From contig CBDCOC010000001.1 of the NCBI GenBank assembly GCA_965219605.1, positions 1,077,185 to 1,141,184 of the forward strand: 64,000 bases of DNA, read 5' to 3'. Below are positions 19,435-31,009 of the stretch, piece by piece. The position numbers were made by a program, and so were the translations under genes. The stretch comes from Bryobacterales bacterium. GTDB lineage: Bacteria; Acidobacteriota; Terriglobia; Bryobacterales; UBA6623. Numbering within the stretch: the first letter of the stretch is position 1; every line of letters starts with the position of its first letter. The notes below the pieces were generated by a model that was not told where the DNA came from, did no database searches, and saw nothing but the letters and a program-made list of their open reading frames with translations.

Positions 19435-20985
19435 ATGAAAGCCTTACTCGAACGCCCCAAGCATACCGGCTTGCTGCCACTGGCCCTGATTCTAGGCACG
19501 CTCGCGGTCGGAATCCTAATCGGCACGCTCGTTTCAGGGTCGGCAGGCGCCGCGCCCGAGACAGACGAGCCCGTGTCGGACGCCGCGCCCCTGAGCGTGC
19601 CCGCTCCGGAGCCGGTCGCGAATCAATTCTCCGAACTGGCAGAATCGGTGCGCCCGTCAGTGGTCAGCATCTACATCCCTGCCGAACGCGCCGACGAGGA
19701 GGAAGAGGCCCCAGGCCGGTTCCGCTCGCCGGAAGACATGTTCCGCAGGTTCTTCGGCATCCCGGACAGGCAAGGACCCATGCCCGCCCCGCGGCGGCGC
19801 GGCCCGGGGCAGGGTTCCGGCGTGGTGGTCGACCCCAAGGGGTACATCATCACCAACAACCACGTGGTCGCGGACGCTGGCCGCATCCGCGTGTCGTTCG
19901 CCGATGACGACGAGCGCTACGATGCGACCTTGATCGGAGCCGACCCCGAGACGGACCTGGCCGTTATCCATGTCCCGGGCAAGACAGGCCTGCAGGCGGC
20001 CAAGATCGGCAACTCCGATGCCGCGAACGTCGGCGACTGGGCGATCGCCATCGGCTCCCCGTTCGGCTACCGGGAGACCGTGACGGTCGGGATCATCAGC
20101 GCCCTGTCGCGCGAGATGACAGCCGGCCAGCCGCGCCCCTTCCAGAAGTTCCTGCAGACGGACGCAGCGATCAACCCCGGCAACAGCGGCGGCCCGCTGC
20201 TCAACATCCGCGGCGAGGTCATCGGGATCAACACCGCGATTATCTCCCGCACCGGCGGCTACGACGGCATCGGCTTCGCGCTCGCCTCCAACATCGCGGT
20301 CAAGACCTATAACCAGATCGTCCGCTTCGGGCGCGTATCGCGCGGTTCCATCGGCGTGGAGTTCCGCAGCCAGCAGAGCCCTTCGCTGAGCCGGAGCTAT
20401 GGCGCCGAGAGCGGGGTCTTCGTAACGCGCACGGTGGAAGACGGCCCGGCGGAGCGCGCCGGCATGCGCGCCGAGGACGTCATCGTCTCGGTGGCCGGAA
20501 CGAAGATCGACTCCGGCGAAAAGCTCATCGAAGTGGTCGCCGCGATCACCGTGGGCGAGACCGTCGCGATCGAAGTCGTGCGGGATGGCAAAACCGTCCA
20601 GCTGGACGTCACCGTCGAGGATCGTGCCAAGTTGTACGCCGAGCAGGCGGAACTCGAGACGAACGCCCCGGATGCCGAGGAGGCGTCCGTTCGGTTCGGC
20701 CTCACCGTCCAGGAGATCGATCCCGAGCGCCGCGACAATATGCGCCTGAGCGGGGAAGGCGGCGTTCTGATCACCAAGGTTGACGCGCGCTCGTTCGCCG
20801 AGGACGCCGGCTTGCAGGAGCAGGACATCGTGCTTGAGGTCAACCGCCGGAAGATCAACTCCATCCGCGACCTGCGCGAAGTGCAGCGAAGCTTGGAGCC
20901 GGGCAGCGACGTCGCATTCAAGCTGCTGCGCTGGGACGGGCGGAGTTGGCGCACCGTGTACCAAGCCGGCCTGCTGCCGGAATAG
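19435..20985 (+). CDS. HtrA/DegP-family periplasmic serine protease with two PDZ domains
   Basis: Signal anchor LLPLALILGTLAVGILIG. Catalytic residues in TNNHVV, DLAVI and GNSGGPLL. Two PDZ-like segments near the C-terminus. Confidence 0.88.
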   Translation: MKALLERPKHTGLLPLALILGTLAVGILIGTLVSGSAGAAPETDEPVSDAAPLSVPAPEPVANQFSELAESVRPSVVSIYIPAERADEEEEAPGRFRSPEDMFRRFFGIPDRQGPMPAPRRRGPGQGSGVVVDPKGYIITNNHVVADAGRIRVSFADDDERYDATLIGADPETDLAVIHVPGKTGLQAAKIGNSDAANVGDWAIAIGSPFGYRETVTVGIISALSREMTAGQPRPFQKFLQTDAAINPGNSGGPLLNIRGEVIGINTAIISRTGGYDGIGFALASNIAVKTYNQIVRFGRVSRGSIGVEFRSQQSPSLSRSYGAESGVFVTRTVEDGPAERAGMRAEDVIVSVAGTKIDSGEKLIEVVAAITVGETVAIEVVRDGKTVQLDVTVEDRAKLYAEQAELETNAPDAEEASVRFGLTVQEIDPERRDNMRLSGEGGVLITKVDARSFAEDAGLQEQDIVLEVNRRKINSIRDLREVQRSLEPGSDVAFKLLRWDGRSWRTVYQAGLLPE

Positions 20986-21038
20986 CGCCGCCCATCGGCT
21001 GCCGCGCGAGCGGCGCGCCGCCGGCTTTCGGCTATAGT

Positions 21039-23217
21039 ATGTGGCGAACTCGCCGGATGCGCAAGGTTTCGCCCATCGTTCTGCCCGCGGTCTTCGCCGC
21101 CATGGCCAGCGGTGCCGACTTCGCCGCAGACATCGAGCCCATCTTCCGCGAAAATTGCTACGCCTGCCACGGCGAGCGGCAGCAGTTCGGCCAATTGCGC
21201 CTCGATTCCCGCGGCGTGGCGAGCGCATCCGGCCCGAGCGGGCCGCGGATCGTGCCCTACGATGCCGAGGCGAGTTCGATCTACCGCCGCGTGGCAGGCA
21301 TAGGCGCGGGAAACCGCATGCCTGCCGGAGGGCGGCTCAGGGATGCCCAAGTAGCGCTGATCAAGGACTGGATCGAATCCGGCGCGGACTGGCCTCGCAG
21401 CGCAGGCTCCGAGGCCGGACTGGACCAACACTGGGCATTCGCCCCGCCCGCCAGGCCCGAGCCGGCCCGGCTGAAGCAGGGCAACAAAACCACGAGTCCG
21501 ATTGACAGCTTCGTGCTGGCCAAGCTCGAGAGCGAAGGGCTGGAGCCGTCGCCTCGCGCCAGCAGGGAGACGCTGATTCGACGGCTGAGCCTTGACCTGA
21601 CCGGGCTGCCCCCATCGCTTGCGGAGGTCGAGCGTTACTTGCAAGACACGGCTCCCGACGCTTACGACCGCCTGGCAGGGCGCCTACTGGCATCGCCGCA
21701 CTACGGCGAGCGCTGGGGCCGCATCTGGCTTGACGCCGCTCGCTACGCCGACTCGGACGGCTTTGAAAAGGACAAGCCGCGCCAAGTCTGGTTCTACCGC
21801 GACTGGGTCGTTGACGCGCTCAACGCGGACATGCCCTATGACCGGTTCGTCGTCGAGCAAATCGCGGGCGACCTGTTGCCGAGCGCCACGCAAGAGCAGC
21901 GCGTTGCGACGGGCTTCCTGCGCAACTCGATGATCAACGAGGAGGGCGGGGCCAATCCGGAACAGTTCCGCATGGAGGCCATGTTCGACCGCATGGACGC
22001 GATCGGCAAGGCCGTGCTGGGCCTGACGGTGCAATGCGCCCAATGCCACGACCACAAGTTCGACCCGATCAGCCAGCGCGACTATTACCGGATGTTCGCC
22101 TACATCAATAACTCGCACGAATCCACGCAAGCGGTCTTCACGCCCGAGGAGGAGCGGCTGCGCGGCGAGATTTTCTCGCGCATCCGGGAGATCGAGTCGG
22201 GCCTGCGCGAGGGCAGCCCGGACTGGCGCGAGCGAATGGCCGCGTGGCTGGCCGCCGAGGCCGGCAGCCAGCCGCGCTGGACCGTGCTGGACACGCATAT
22301 CAAGCTGGGCAGCGGAGAGAAGTACGAGGTCTTGCCCGACCAGTCCATCCTGGCGCAGGGCTACGCCCCGACACGCAGCGTGGTCACGCCCGAGGCCCGA
22401 CTCGCACCCGGCACGCTCCGGGCCTTCCGTCTGGAGCTACTGCCCGATCCGCGGCTGCCGCTGGGCGGCCCCGGGCGCTCGTTCCGGGGCACGGCCGCGC
22501 TGACCGAGTTCGGGGTCCGGGTGGCGCCGGCCAGCGATCCGGAGCGGTGGGAGCAGCTCAAGATCGCGCGCGCCACAGCCGATGTCAACCCGGGAATGTC
22601 GTTGCTCGACACCTTCCTGTTCCCGGACAAGGACAACAAGCGCAGGATTCTGGGAGACATCGGCTTCGCCATCGATGGATTCGCCATGAGCGCGTGGAGC
22701 ACGGACGCCGGGCCGGGCCGGCGCAACATGCCGCGCAAGGCAGTGTTCCAGCTCGCCGAGCCCTTGGAAATCGAAGAGCCCGCCTTGGTCAAGTTCGACC
22801 TGTCGATGAAGCATGGCGGCCACAACTCCGACGACAACCAATCGCTGAACCTAGGCCGCTTCCGCCTTTCCTTCACGGCTGCGCAAGACGCCGAAGCGGA
22901 TCCGCTGCCGGCGCATGTCCGCGAACTCGTCGAGCGGGGCGGACGCTTTTCCCCGGAGCAGGAAGCGGCGCTTTTTGCCTATTGGCGAACGACCGTGCCC
23001 GAGTGGTCCGAGGCCAATCGCAAGATCGAGCAATTGTGGGCGAAGCACCCCGAGGGAAGCTCCCAGCTCGTGTTGGACGAACGCCCTACGCCGCGCATCA
23101 CGAACATGCTCCAGCGCGGCGATTTCCTGCGCCCGACCGAGCAAGTGCAGGCCGGGGTTCCCGGCTTCCTGCACGCGCTGCCCGCGCACGGGCAGGCAGG
23201 CGGCCGCCTAGCCCTAG
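21039..23217 (+). pseudogene. PSCyt1/DUF1549/DUF1553 (planctomycete cytochrome c domain) protein, N-terminal 726 codons, interrupted by IS
   Basis: CYACHG haem motif, a DUF1549-like SPIDSFVLAKLESEGLEPSP, and a DUF1553-like CAQCHDHKFDPISQRDYY. The frame runs into the IS end after ...GGRLAL. Confidence 0.85.
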
Positions 23218-25385
23218 TTCGTCATTTGGTGACTTGAAAAATTCCGTATAGTATTGAAATACAAACAGTTATAGCGATGCGACCAAGCCGCTTGGCACTA
23301 CACTTTTGTGCTCTTGAGCGTCAGCCCCGCGCGGCCGCCCGCCGCCGATGTGCGCGCACGGCCAGGCCCGCCGCCTGGGCGATGCGCACGGCCTCGGCCC
23401 CCGGCTGCACATCTTGGCGGCTGCACAGCAACTGCCCGTCTGCCGCCTGCACGCTGGTCGTCACCCGCATCCAGCCCGCCAAGCGCTCGCGCAGCGACTG
23501 CCAACTCCAATGCAGGCCGTGCGCCCGCAGTTGCGTGCGCAACAGATGCACGCCGTGATAGGCCAGCACGGCCACGAACAGGTGCGCTGCCACGCGCCGA
23601 TCCAAACGGTGCCAGATCGGGCGCAGGCCCAATTCCGACTTCAACGAGCGGAAGCTGGCTTCCACTTCGCTGAGTTCCCAGTAGCTGCGCAGCACCTGCG
23701 CCACGTCCCAGTCGATATGGCTGGTGCGCAGCACGTAGGCCCCGGCCGCCGCATCGGCGGCCGCATACTGCGGATTCGGTGTGCAGCGGACGGCCGTCGC
23801 CCGCTCCTGCTCGCCGGCCAGCACTTCGACCTTATACTGCGCTGCCACCGCCTTGTACTGCTCGAGCAAGCGTCCCACCTTGCGCTGCACGGCCGCGAGT
23901 TGCTTCACACAGCGCGGTTTGGAGAGGCCCTCATGCAGGCTTTGCAGGGCCTGTTCAAAGCGCTCGCGCTGCCGCTGCAGAATCGACTCCGCCGTGCGCA
24001 GGCGGCCCTCGCTGAGTGCGTACACGCGCAACTCGGCCGGCTCCTGGCCGGCCTCCTGCGCCGCAGCCTGTGCTGTCTCCGCCGGCAGTGGCCAGGCCCG
24101 CACGCAGTAGCCGCCGCTGGTCTCCAGCTGGGCCGTCGGCTCGCCCGCCGGCGGCTGTGGCTTGGCCTCGCGGCTGACGCAGATCCAGTGCCAGCCCTGC
24201 TCCCGCAGCCAGCTCAGGTTCGCCGCGCTGGCCAGGCCCGCATCGCACACCACGGTCGGCCGCGGCGCCCCCTCTTGGCGCTCGTCGTCCAGCCGCTCCA
24301 GCAGCGGCTGCAAGGTGCCCGGCTCGGAGACATTGCCGGCTAGGATCTCGCAACGGCGCGGAAAGCCGGAGCCGTCCAAGGCCATGGCCAGCGAGACCAA
24401 CGGGCAGTCGTTGCGCTTCTGCTTCGACTTGCCGAAGCGCCGCAGGCCGGCGTTCTCGCGCCCGGTGTAATGCGTGTTCGACAGGTCGTAGAAGACGATC
24501 GTGCGCGGCAGGCCAAGCAGGTCGCGCTCGCGGGCGAACAGCCCGGCCTGCAAGGCTTCGCGGTGTTTCCACAGTAAGTCGCCGATGCGGTACAGCTTGG
24601 CCAGCGAGACGCCGCCGGAGGTGTCGAGTCCGAGCAGTTCGAGAGTGCTGCTGTGGTCGCGCAGCCAGCGCTGCGCTTCGCGTTCGGAGGAGGGATGCAG
24701 CATGCGCGCCATAACCAGGGCGGTGGCGATGGCCGCGTCGCGCTGCGAGGCGCCGGCCTCGCGCAGCAAAGCTGGCAAGCGCAGTTGCTGCAAGGCGCGC
24801 AGGGCCAGGCGTTCGCCGCCCACCGAGCGGGCGTCGCAGTGCGCCAGGGTATGCAACTGGACGCTGACTGGCTGCTCGGCGGCGGGCTGCTCGCTGGCGA
24901 AGCCGCGGGCGCGCAGGCGACGCACCAAATCCTCGGCCGCCAGGCGCACTTCGTGCGCCACCTCGAATAGGGCGCTCTGGCCGCGCAGCAGGCGCTCGGC
25001 GTGGGCCGCGACGTCGGCCCACAGCGCGCGCGGCACGGCATAATCGGTGCCCAGGTTGAGCAGGGTTTTCTGCTGCACCGCCGCGCCGCAGCGCACGGAC
25101 TGCACGAGGCGGCAGCTGTAGCCGGGCTGGCCGCCGACGGAGTGGGTTTTGGTGGCACGGATGAACATGAGCGCTCAGTTGTAGGGTGGCAGAGGGGGCT
25201 AGGGGGTGTCAAGGGGGTCAAAAAAGAAGTTGGCACTACAAAAAGCTTTAAGAGAGCATCATAAGACTATAAAGCAAATAGATTACGAAGATAATAAATC
25301 TAAAGAAAGATTATCGGCCAGTTTGGAGCAGTAGCGGCAGCAAAAAAATATGCTCCGTGCCGGCAATTTGGGGGAAAGTGGCGAA
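23218..25385 (-). mobile_element. Second IS1634-family-like insertion sequence (2168 bp), 4-bp CTAG target duplication
   Basis: Imperfect terminal IR TTCGTCATTT (23218-) / AAGTGGCGAA (-25385). CTAG at 23214-23217 and 25386-25389. AT-rich non-coding ends. Subterminal direct repeat TTGGCACTACA near both ends (~23282 and ~25231). Confidence 0.8.
23321..25168 (-). CDS. IS1634-family (IS4-like DDE) transposase, 615 aa
   Basis: MFIRATKTHSVGGQPGYSCRLVQSVRCGAAVQQKTLLNLG is the typical IS1634 N-terminus. Also VVCDAGLAS and YWELSEVEASFRSLKSELGLRPIWH. Confidence 0.88.
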   Translation of the reverse strand: MFIRATKTHSVGGQPGYSCRLVQSVRCGAAVQQKTLLNLGTDYAVPRALWADVAAHAERLLRGQSALFEVAHEVRLAAEDLVRRLRARGFASEQPAAEQPVSVQLHTLAHCDARSVGGERLALRALQQLRLPALLREAGASQRDAAIATALVMARMLHPSSEREAQRWLRDHSSTLELLGLDTSGGVSLAKLYRIGDLLWKHREALQAGLFARERDLLGLPRTIVFYDLSNTHYTGRENAGLRRFGKSKQKRNDCPLVSLAMALDGSGFPRRCEILAGNVSEPGTLQPLLERLDDERQEGAPRPTVVCDAGLASAANLSWLREQGWHWICVSREAKPQPPAGEPTAQLETSGGYCVRAWPLPAETAQAAAQEAGQEPAELRVYALSEGRLRTAESILQRQRERFEQALQSLHEGLSKPRCVKQLAAVQRKVGRLLEQYKAVAAQYKVEVLAGEQERATAVRCTPNPQYAAADAAAGAYVLRTSHIDWDVAQVLRSYWELSEVEASFRSLKSELGLRPIWHRLDRRVAAHLFVAVLAYHGVHLLRTQLRAHGLHWSWQSLRERLAGWMRVTTSVQAADGQLLCSRQDVQPGAEAVRIAQAAGLAVRAHRRRAAARG

Positions 25386-26327
25386 CTAGGGCTAGCGTTT
25401 GCCGAATGGCTGGTCGACCGCAACTCGCCAACCACCGCACGGGCCATCGTGAACCGCCTCTGGCAAGGCCACTTCGGCGCCGGAATTGTCGAAACTGCGG
25501 AAGATCTGGGCCGGCAGGCGGCCGATCCGTCGCATCCGGAACTGCTGGATTGGCTAGCGGTCGAGCTGATGGAGAGCGGCTGGAGTCTCAAGCACGTGCA
25601 TCGGCTGATCGTATCGTCGGAGACCTACCGGCAATCGTCCCGAGTCACGCCGGAACTCTTGGAACGCGACCCGAACAACCGACTGCTGGCCCGCCGCGCG
25701 CGCTTCCGCGTCGATGGCGAGTTGGTGCGCGATATCGCGCTTGCCGCCAGCGGCTTGCTCACGCCCCAGGTCGGGGGCAGGCCCGTATACCCGCCGGCCC
25801 CGGAATTCTTGTTCCAGCCGCCCGTCAGCTACGGTCCCAAGCGTTGGCACACAGCGCAGGGAGCGCAGCGCTACCGCCGTTCGCTCTATGCCTTCCGCTA
25901 TCGCTCGGTGCCCTTCCCCGTGCTTGACACCTTTGACGCGCCCACCGGAAATTTCGCGTGCGTGAAGCGTGACCGCTCCAACACGCCGCTGCAGGCATTG
26001 GTCACGCTGAACGAGACCGTGTTCATGGAAGCCGCCCGCGAGCTGGGCCGCAGGACGCTCGACGAAGGCGGCAGCGGTGACCCGCAACGGGTCGATTACG
26101 CGTTCAAGCGCGTGCTGGCCCGCGCGCCGCACGATGCGGAGCGGGCCGAACTGATCTCACTTTTGGCAAGCCAGCGAGAGCGCCTGCAATCCGGAGGGCT
26201 TGACGCCGCAAAGCTTGCCCATGGGGAGCAACCCGGGCTGCAAGAAGGCAGGGCCACCGAGCTGGCCGCTTGGACGGCCGTCTCGCGCGTGCTGTTGAAC
26301 TTGGACGAAGCTATCACGAGGGAATGA
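25386..26327 (+). pseudogene. C-terminal part (DUF1553) of the IS-interrupted PSCyt/DUF1549/DUF1553 gene
   Basis: LAFAEWLVDRNSPTTARAIVNRLWQGHFG is the conserved DUF1553 C-terminal motif. It is in frame with 21039-23217 once the IS and one CTAG copy are removed. Confidence 0.85.
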
Positions 26328-26330
26328 GCG

Positions 26331-27728
<1,398 letters not shown>

Positions 27729-28110
27729 CAGCCTGCGGTTTTGCGATTTCAGTGTCTTTGCCGGCCACACTGCGGCCAACGACCTTGCGGGGTGGTTCTC
27801 CAGCAGCCTACGGTCGATCCACGCCCCCTGCGCGGCCCGGCCTCTAATCGCGCGCCGGGATGCGGCTCCCAGCGCTCTTGAGCGGCACATCGGCGAGGCC
27901 CGCAGGCGGTTGGGCGGCCAACTCGCACTCCTGCCCTTGCAGGGGCCGGGCCGCCCTGTTCCATAGCCTGCACCGCACGCTGTTCGCACAGCAGGCGAGC
28001 GCACTCGCTTCTCGCACTGAAGATTGGCGGCCATGGGGGAGTGCCATTGGATTGCCTCCCCGCTGGAGAGAGGATCCCGGGCAGGCCTTCCATCGCATCT
28101 ACGGGCGATG

Positions 28111-29090
28111 TCAGCTCACGCCGAACCGCGACGCTTTCGACGACCCGACACGCTCTGCAACGAATCGCGCGAAGGGGCCGATATTCTGGTCAACGCTAGC
28201 GCTGTCCAGTGCCATCAGGTATGCTTGCCGGTCGCTAGTCCGAATCACCGTCCAAGGATAGCCGCCGGATGCAAGCATGGCGTTCATCAAGAACCGGGCG
28301 ATGCGTCCGTTCCCGTCCGGGTACGGATGAATGTAGCCAAGGAGCCAATGCCCGAGTACAGCCTTGACGCTCGGCTCCGTCTCGACACTCAGCAGCTCGA
28401 ACACCGTTGCCATGGCATCCATGACAGCTTCCCAGCGGGGCGGCACATATCTCGAACTGCGCAGGTAGACCGCATCGTTGCGATAGCCCGAGAGCGAGGC
28501 CGCGCCGATTAACCCGGCCGCCACACACGGCGCGAACAGTTCCCTGTACCATTCGCGGTGGCTTCGTCGCACAAGACCCGCTGGCTCCTCTCCGGAGACA
28601 ATCTTCGCGATGTCGCGTCTCACACGCTGGAACGACTGCCAGTACCCGCGTGTCGATAGTGCGTCGCGGCTCGCTCACTCTACGGCGCTGTCTTCTGGAT
28701 TCCAGTTCCCCGAAGCGACACGCTCTATGAGGTCTGGCGAAACGTGATAGCCCTCGATCGACAGCGAGTGGCAGGCGTCGCTATGGTAGATGTCATCAAC
28801 GTCTCTGAGATAGGACGCATGGTCAGCAGCCGCCCCGGGGGATCCGGGAAAGACTTGATCACATGTCCTCGCATCGCCTCCCACATCACCCTTATGCGCC
28901 CGACAGGCGGCTGTGGTGAAGTAGCAAGCTTGGCGGTCGGCTGGTCCGAAGTGAACGGGTCCTTCTCGCGGGCCTCGTATCCGGCCGCTCTCATGACGCT
29001 CAGGATCTCGTCGGCATCGTCGCCGCGGCCGACCCTGCGGAACGCACCGGCCAGCTGCCCGTGCGAGAAAGCGCGGAATGCCCTGCGCAA
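28111..29090 (-). pseudogene. Fic-family (AMPylase/adenylyltransferase) gene with one frameshift and one in-frame TGA
   Basis: Fic motif HPYPDGNGRIARFLMN. ORFs 28111-28623 and 28675-29268 share a frame and are separated only by TGA at 28675-28677. The protein-like upstream part (MRRAFRAFSHG...) is in another frame, switching at the CCCCGGGGG run (28833-28841). Confidence 0.7.
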
Positions 29091-29167
29091 TTACAGAAAT
29101 TCCAAGAATGACAAGGTGGATGCCATGTACACGGGCGTCATCTCGGGCCTCCGAGCAGTACCAAGGA

Positions 29168-30724
29168 TTACTCCGCGGCAGGCGCCCAGCGCACCTCTTG
29201 GGTAGTCGCGTATTGGACGTTGGTATCGTTCCGCGCAGGGATCCCAGCGCGGGTGGCACCCTGCGCAATCATGGCGTCAAATTTCGCTTGAAGCTCTTCG
29301 ACTATCTCCGGGCGCTCTTCGGCCAAGTTCTTCGATTCGGCGATGTCTTCGGAGAGATTGTAGAGTTCTGGGACAGTCGGCTTGCCACGGGACTTCTGCA
29401 AGTTCGGCCCGCTGTTGCGGAATACCAGCTTCCACGGCCCGTCACGATAGGCGAACTCGCCGTGATTGGAATGGCTAACCAAGGACGTGCGTCCTTGCTC
29501 CGGGGCCTTGCCGAGCGCAGCATCCAAGAAACTGACGCTGTCTTCGGCCCCGGCTGCGGGCAAGTCCGCCCCGGCCAGCGCAAGGCTTGTCGCGAAGATG
29601 TCCGTCAAGCTCACTAGCTGGCGGCTCTGGGAGTGGGCAGCAATCTTGCCCGGCCAGCGAACGACCAGCGGGATTCGGTGCCCGCCTTCCCAGATGTCGC
29701 CTTTGTGCCCGCGATACGGACCGCTGGGCAGGTGACCGGCCTCGATTAGAGACTCCCAGCCGGTGTAATGCGAATGGCCGTTGTCCGCCGTGAAGATCAC
29801 TACGGTGTCATCTGCGATTCCTGCCTCGTCAACCGCTCGGACAACTTGCCCCACCGACCAGTCGGTCTCCATCACGAAATCCGCGATGGGGGCAATGCCG
29901 CTCTGGCCCTGAAAGGCCGGAGACGGCGAGACGGGCTCGTGCGGCGAGGTCATCGAATAGAAGAGGAAGAACGGCTTGTCGCCGCGGGCTCGAGAATGCA
30001 CTTGCTCGACTGCCCTGCGCGTAAGTTCCGGAACGATCTCACGCAGCTGCCAGCCCGGGGCCATGGGGCTGCCGACGAAGCCCCGCGGCAACACGACACC
30101 TTCGGACTCGTCATGGACATAGGCAGAAGTCGGGACGGGGGTCACGGTATCGTTCTCGACATAGGAAAACGGCGGCATATTGGGCAAGTCGACACCGAAA
30201 TAGTAGTCAAACCCCCGAGTTGTCGGGCCATTGAGGACTGGCTTGTCCAGATGCCATTCGAGTGTTTTCTGGCCATTGCGCACTTCGGTCATGCGGCTCG
30301 GCTGCGGGCCGGGCCAATCCCAGCCGAGATGCCACTTGCCAATCATGGCGGTCTCGTATCCGTGCTCCCGGAGCATGCCTGGCAGCGTGGGGCGATCAGC
30401 GTCGATCAACGGCGGCTCGTATGCCGCCAAGACCCATTCCTGCAGGCGGGTACGCCACGAGTAGCGACCGGTCAGCAAGCCGTAACGGGTCGGCGTACAA
30501 ACGGCCGACGGGCTATGGGCATCCGTGAAGCTCATGCCGTCCTGGACGAATTGGTCCAAGAAGGGAGTAGCAATCTTGTTGTCCGGATAGTGTGTCTGGA
30601 TATCGCCCACGCCGAAGTCATCGGCCAGAATCAGGACGATGTTCGGGCCTCGCTTGGGCTGTTCCGCCGCGCAGGAGCCAAGGACCGCTACGGAGAGCAG
30701 GGCAATTGACGTGGCAAAGCGCAT
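29168..30724 (-). CDS. Arylsulfatase (formylglycine-dependent), secreted
   Basis: Signal peptide MRFATSIALLSVAVLGSCAA, then ILADDFGVGD and the SAVCTPTRYGLLTGRY (CxPxR) motif. Confidence 0.9.
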   Translation of the reverse strand: MRFATSIALLSVAVLGSCAAEQPKRGPNIVLILADDFGVGDIQTHYPDNKIATPFLDQFVQDGMSFTDAHSPSAVCTPTRYGLLTGRYSWRTRLQEWVLAAYEPPLIDADRPTLPGMLREHGYETAMIGKWHLGWDWPGPQPSRMTEVRNGQKTLEWHLDKPVLNGPTTRGFDYYFGVDLPNMPPFSYVENDTVTPVPTSAYVHDESEGVVLPRGFVGSPMAPGWQLREIVPELTRRAVEQVHSRARGDKPFFLFYSMTSPHEPVSPSPAFQGQSGIAPIADFVMETDWSVGQVVRAVDEAGIADDTVVIFTADNGHSHYTGWESLIEAGHLPSGPYRGHKGDIWEGGHRIPLVVRWPGKIAAHSQSRQLVSLTDIFATSLALAGADLPAAGAEDSVSFLDAALGKAPEQGRTSLVSHSNHGEFAYRDGPWKLVFRNSGPNLQKSRGKPTVPELYNLSEDIAESKNLAEERPEIVEELQAKFDAMIAQGATRAGIPARNDTNVQYATTQEVRWAPAAE

Positions 30725-31009
30725 AGTTTCCTCCACAAGCGTGCGGAACTGCCGGCATGCGCCCCGATCCGCGCCCCCTCATCTAGCAGGCAGAGACCCG
30801 AGGCGGGCCTCAGGCCGCTTGTGCAGGCTCACTCTAGCACGAGGGAACCATACCGTTCATTGAGAATCACCGCGCTGCATTCCCCTGCCTTTATCAGCCA
30901 TGGCAGAAGTCGATGGCTGTGAGAGCTTCGCTTGTAGAGGCCGCTGGGCGTGCCCCGGCCGGCCACAGCCTGCGGAGCACGGACCCAGTTCGGTGCGGCC
31001 AAGCAAGCC

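Noticed and set aside
28675-28677. The in-frame TGA in the Fic gene as a possible selenocysteine or programmed readthrough codon.
   Set aside because: I could not identify a SECIS-like hairpin immediately downstream. The same gene also carries a frameshift, so a pseudogene is the simpler reading.
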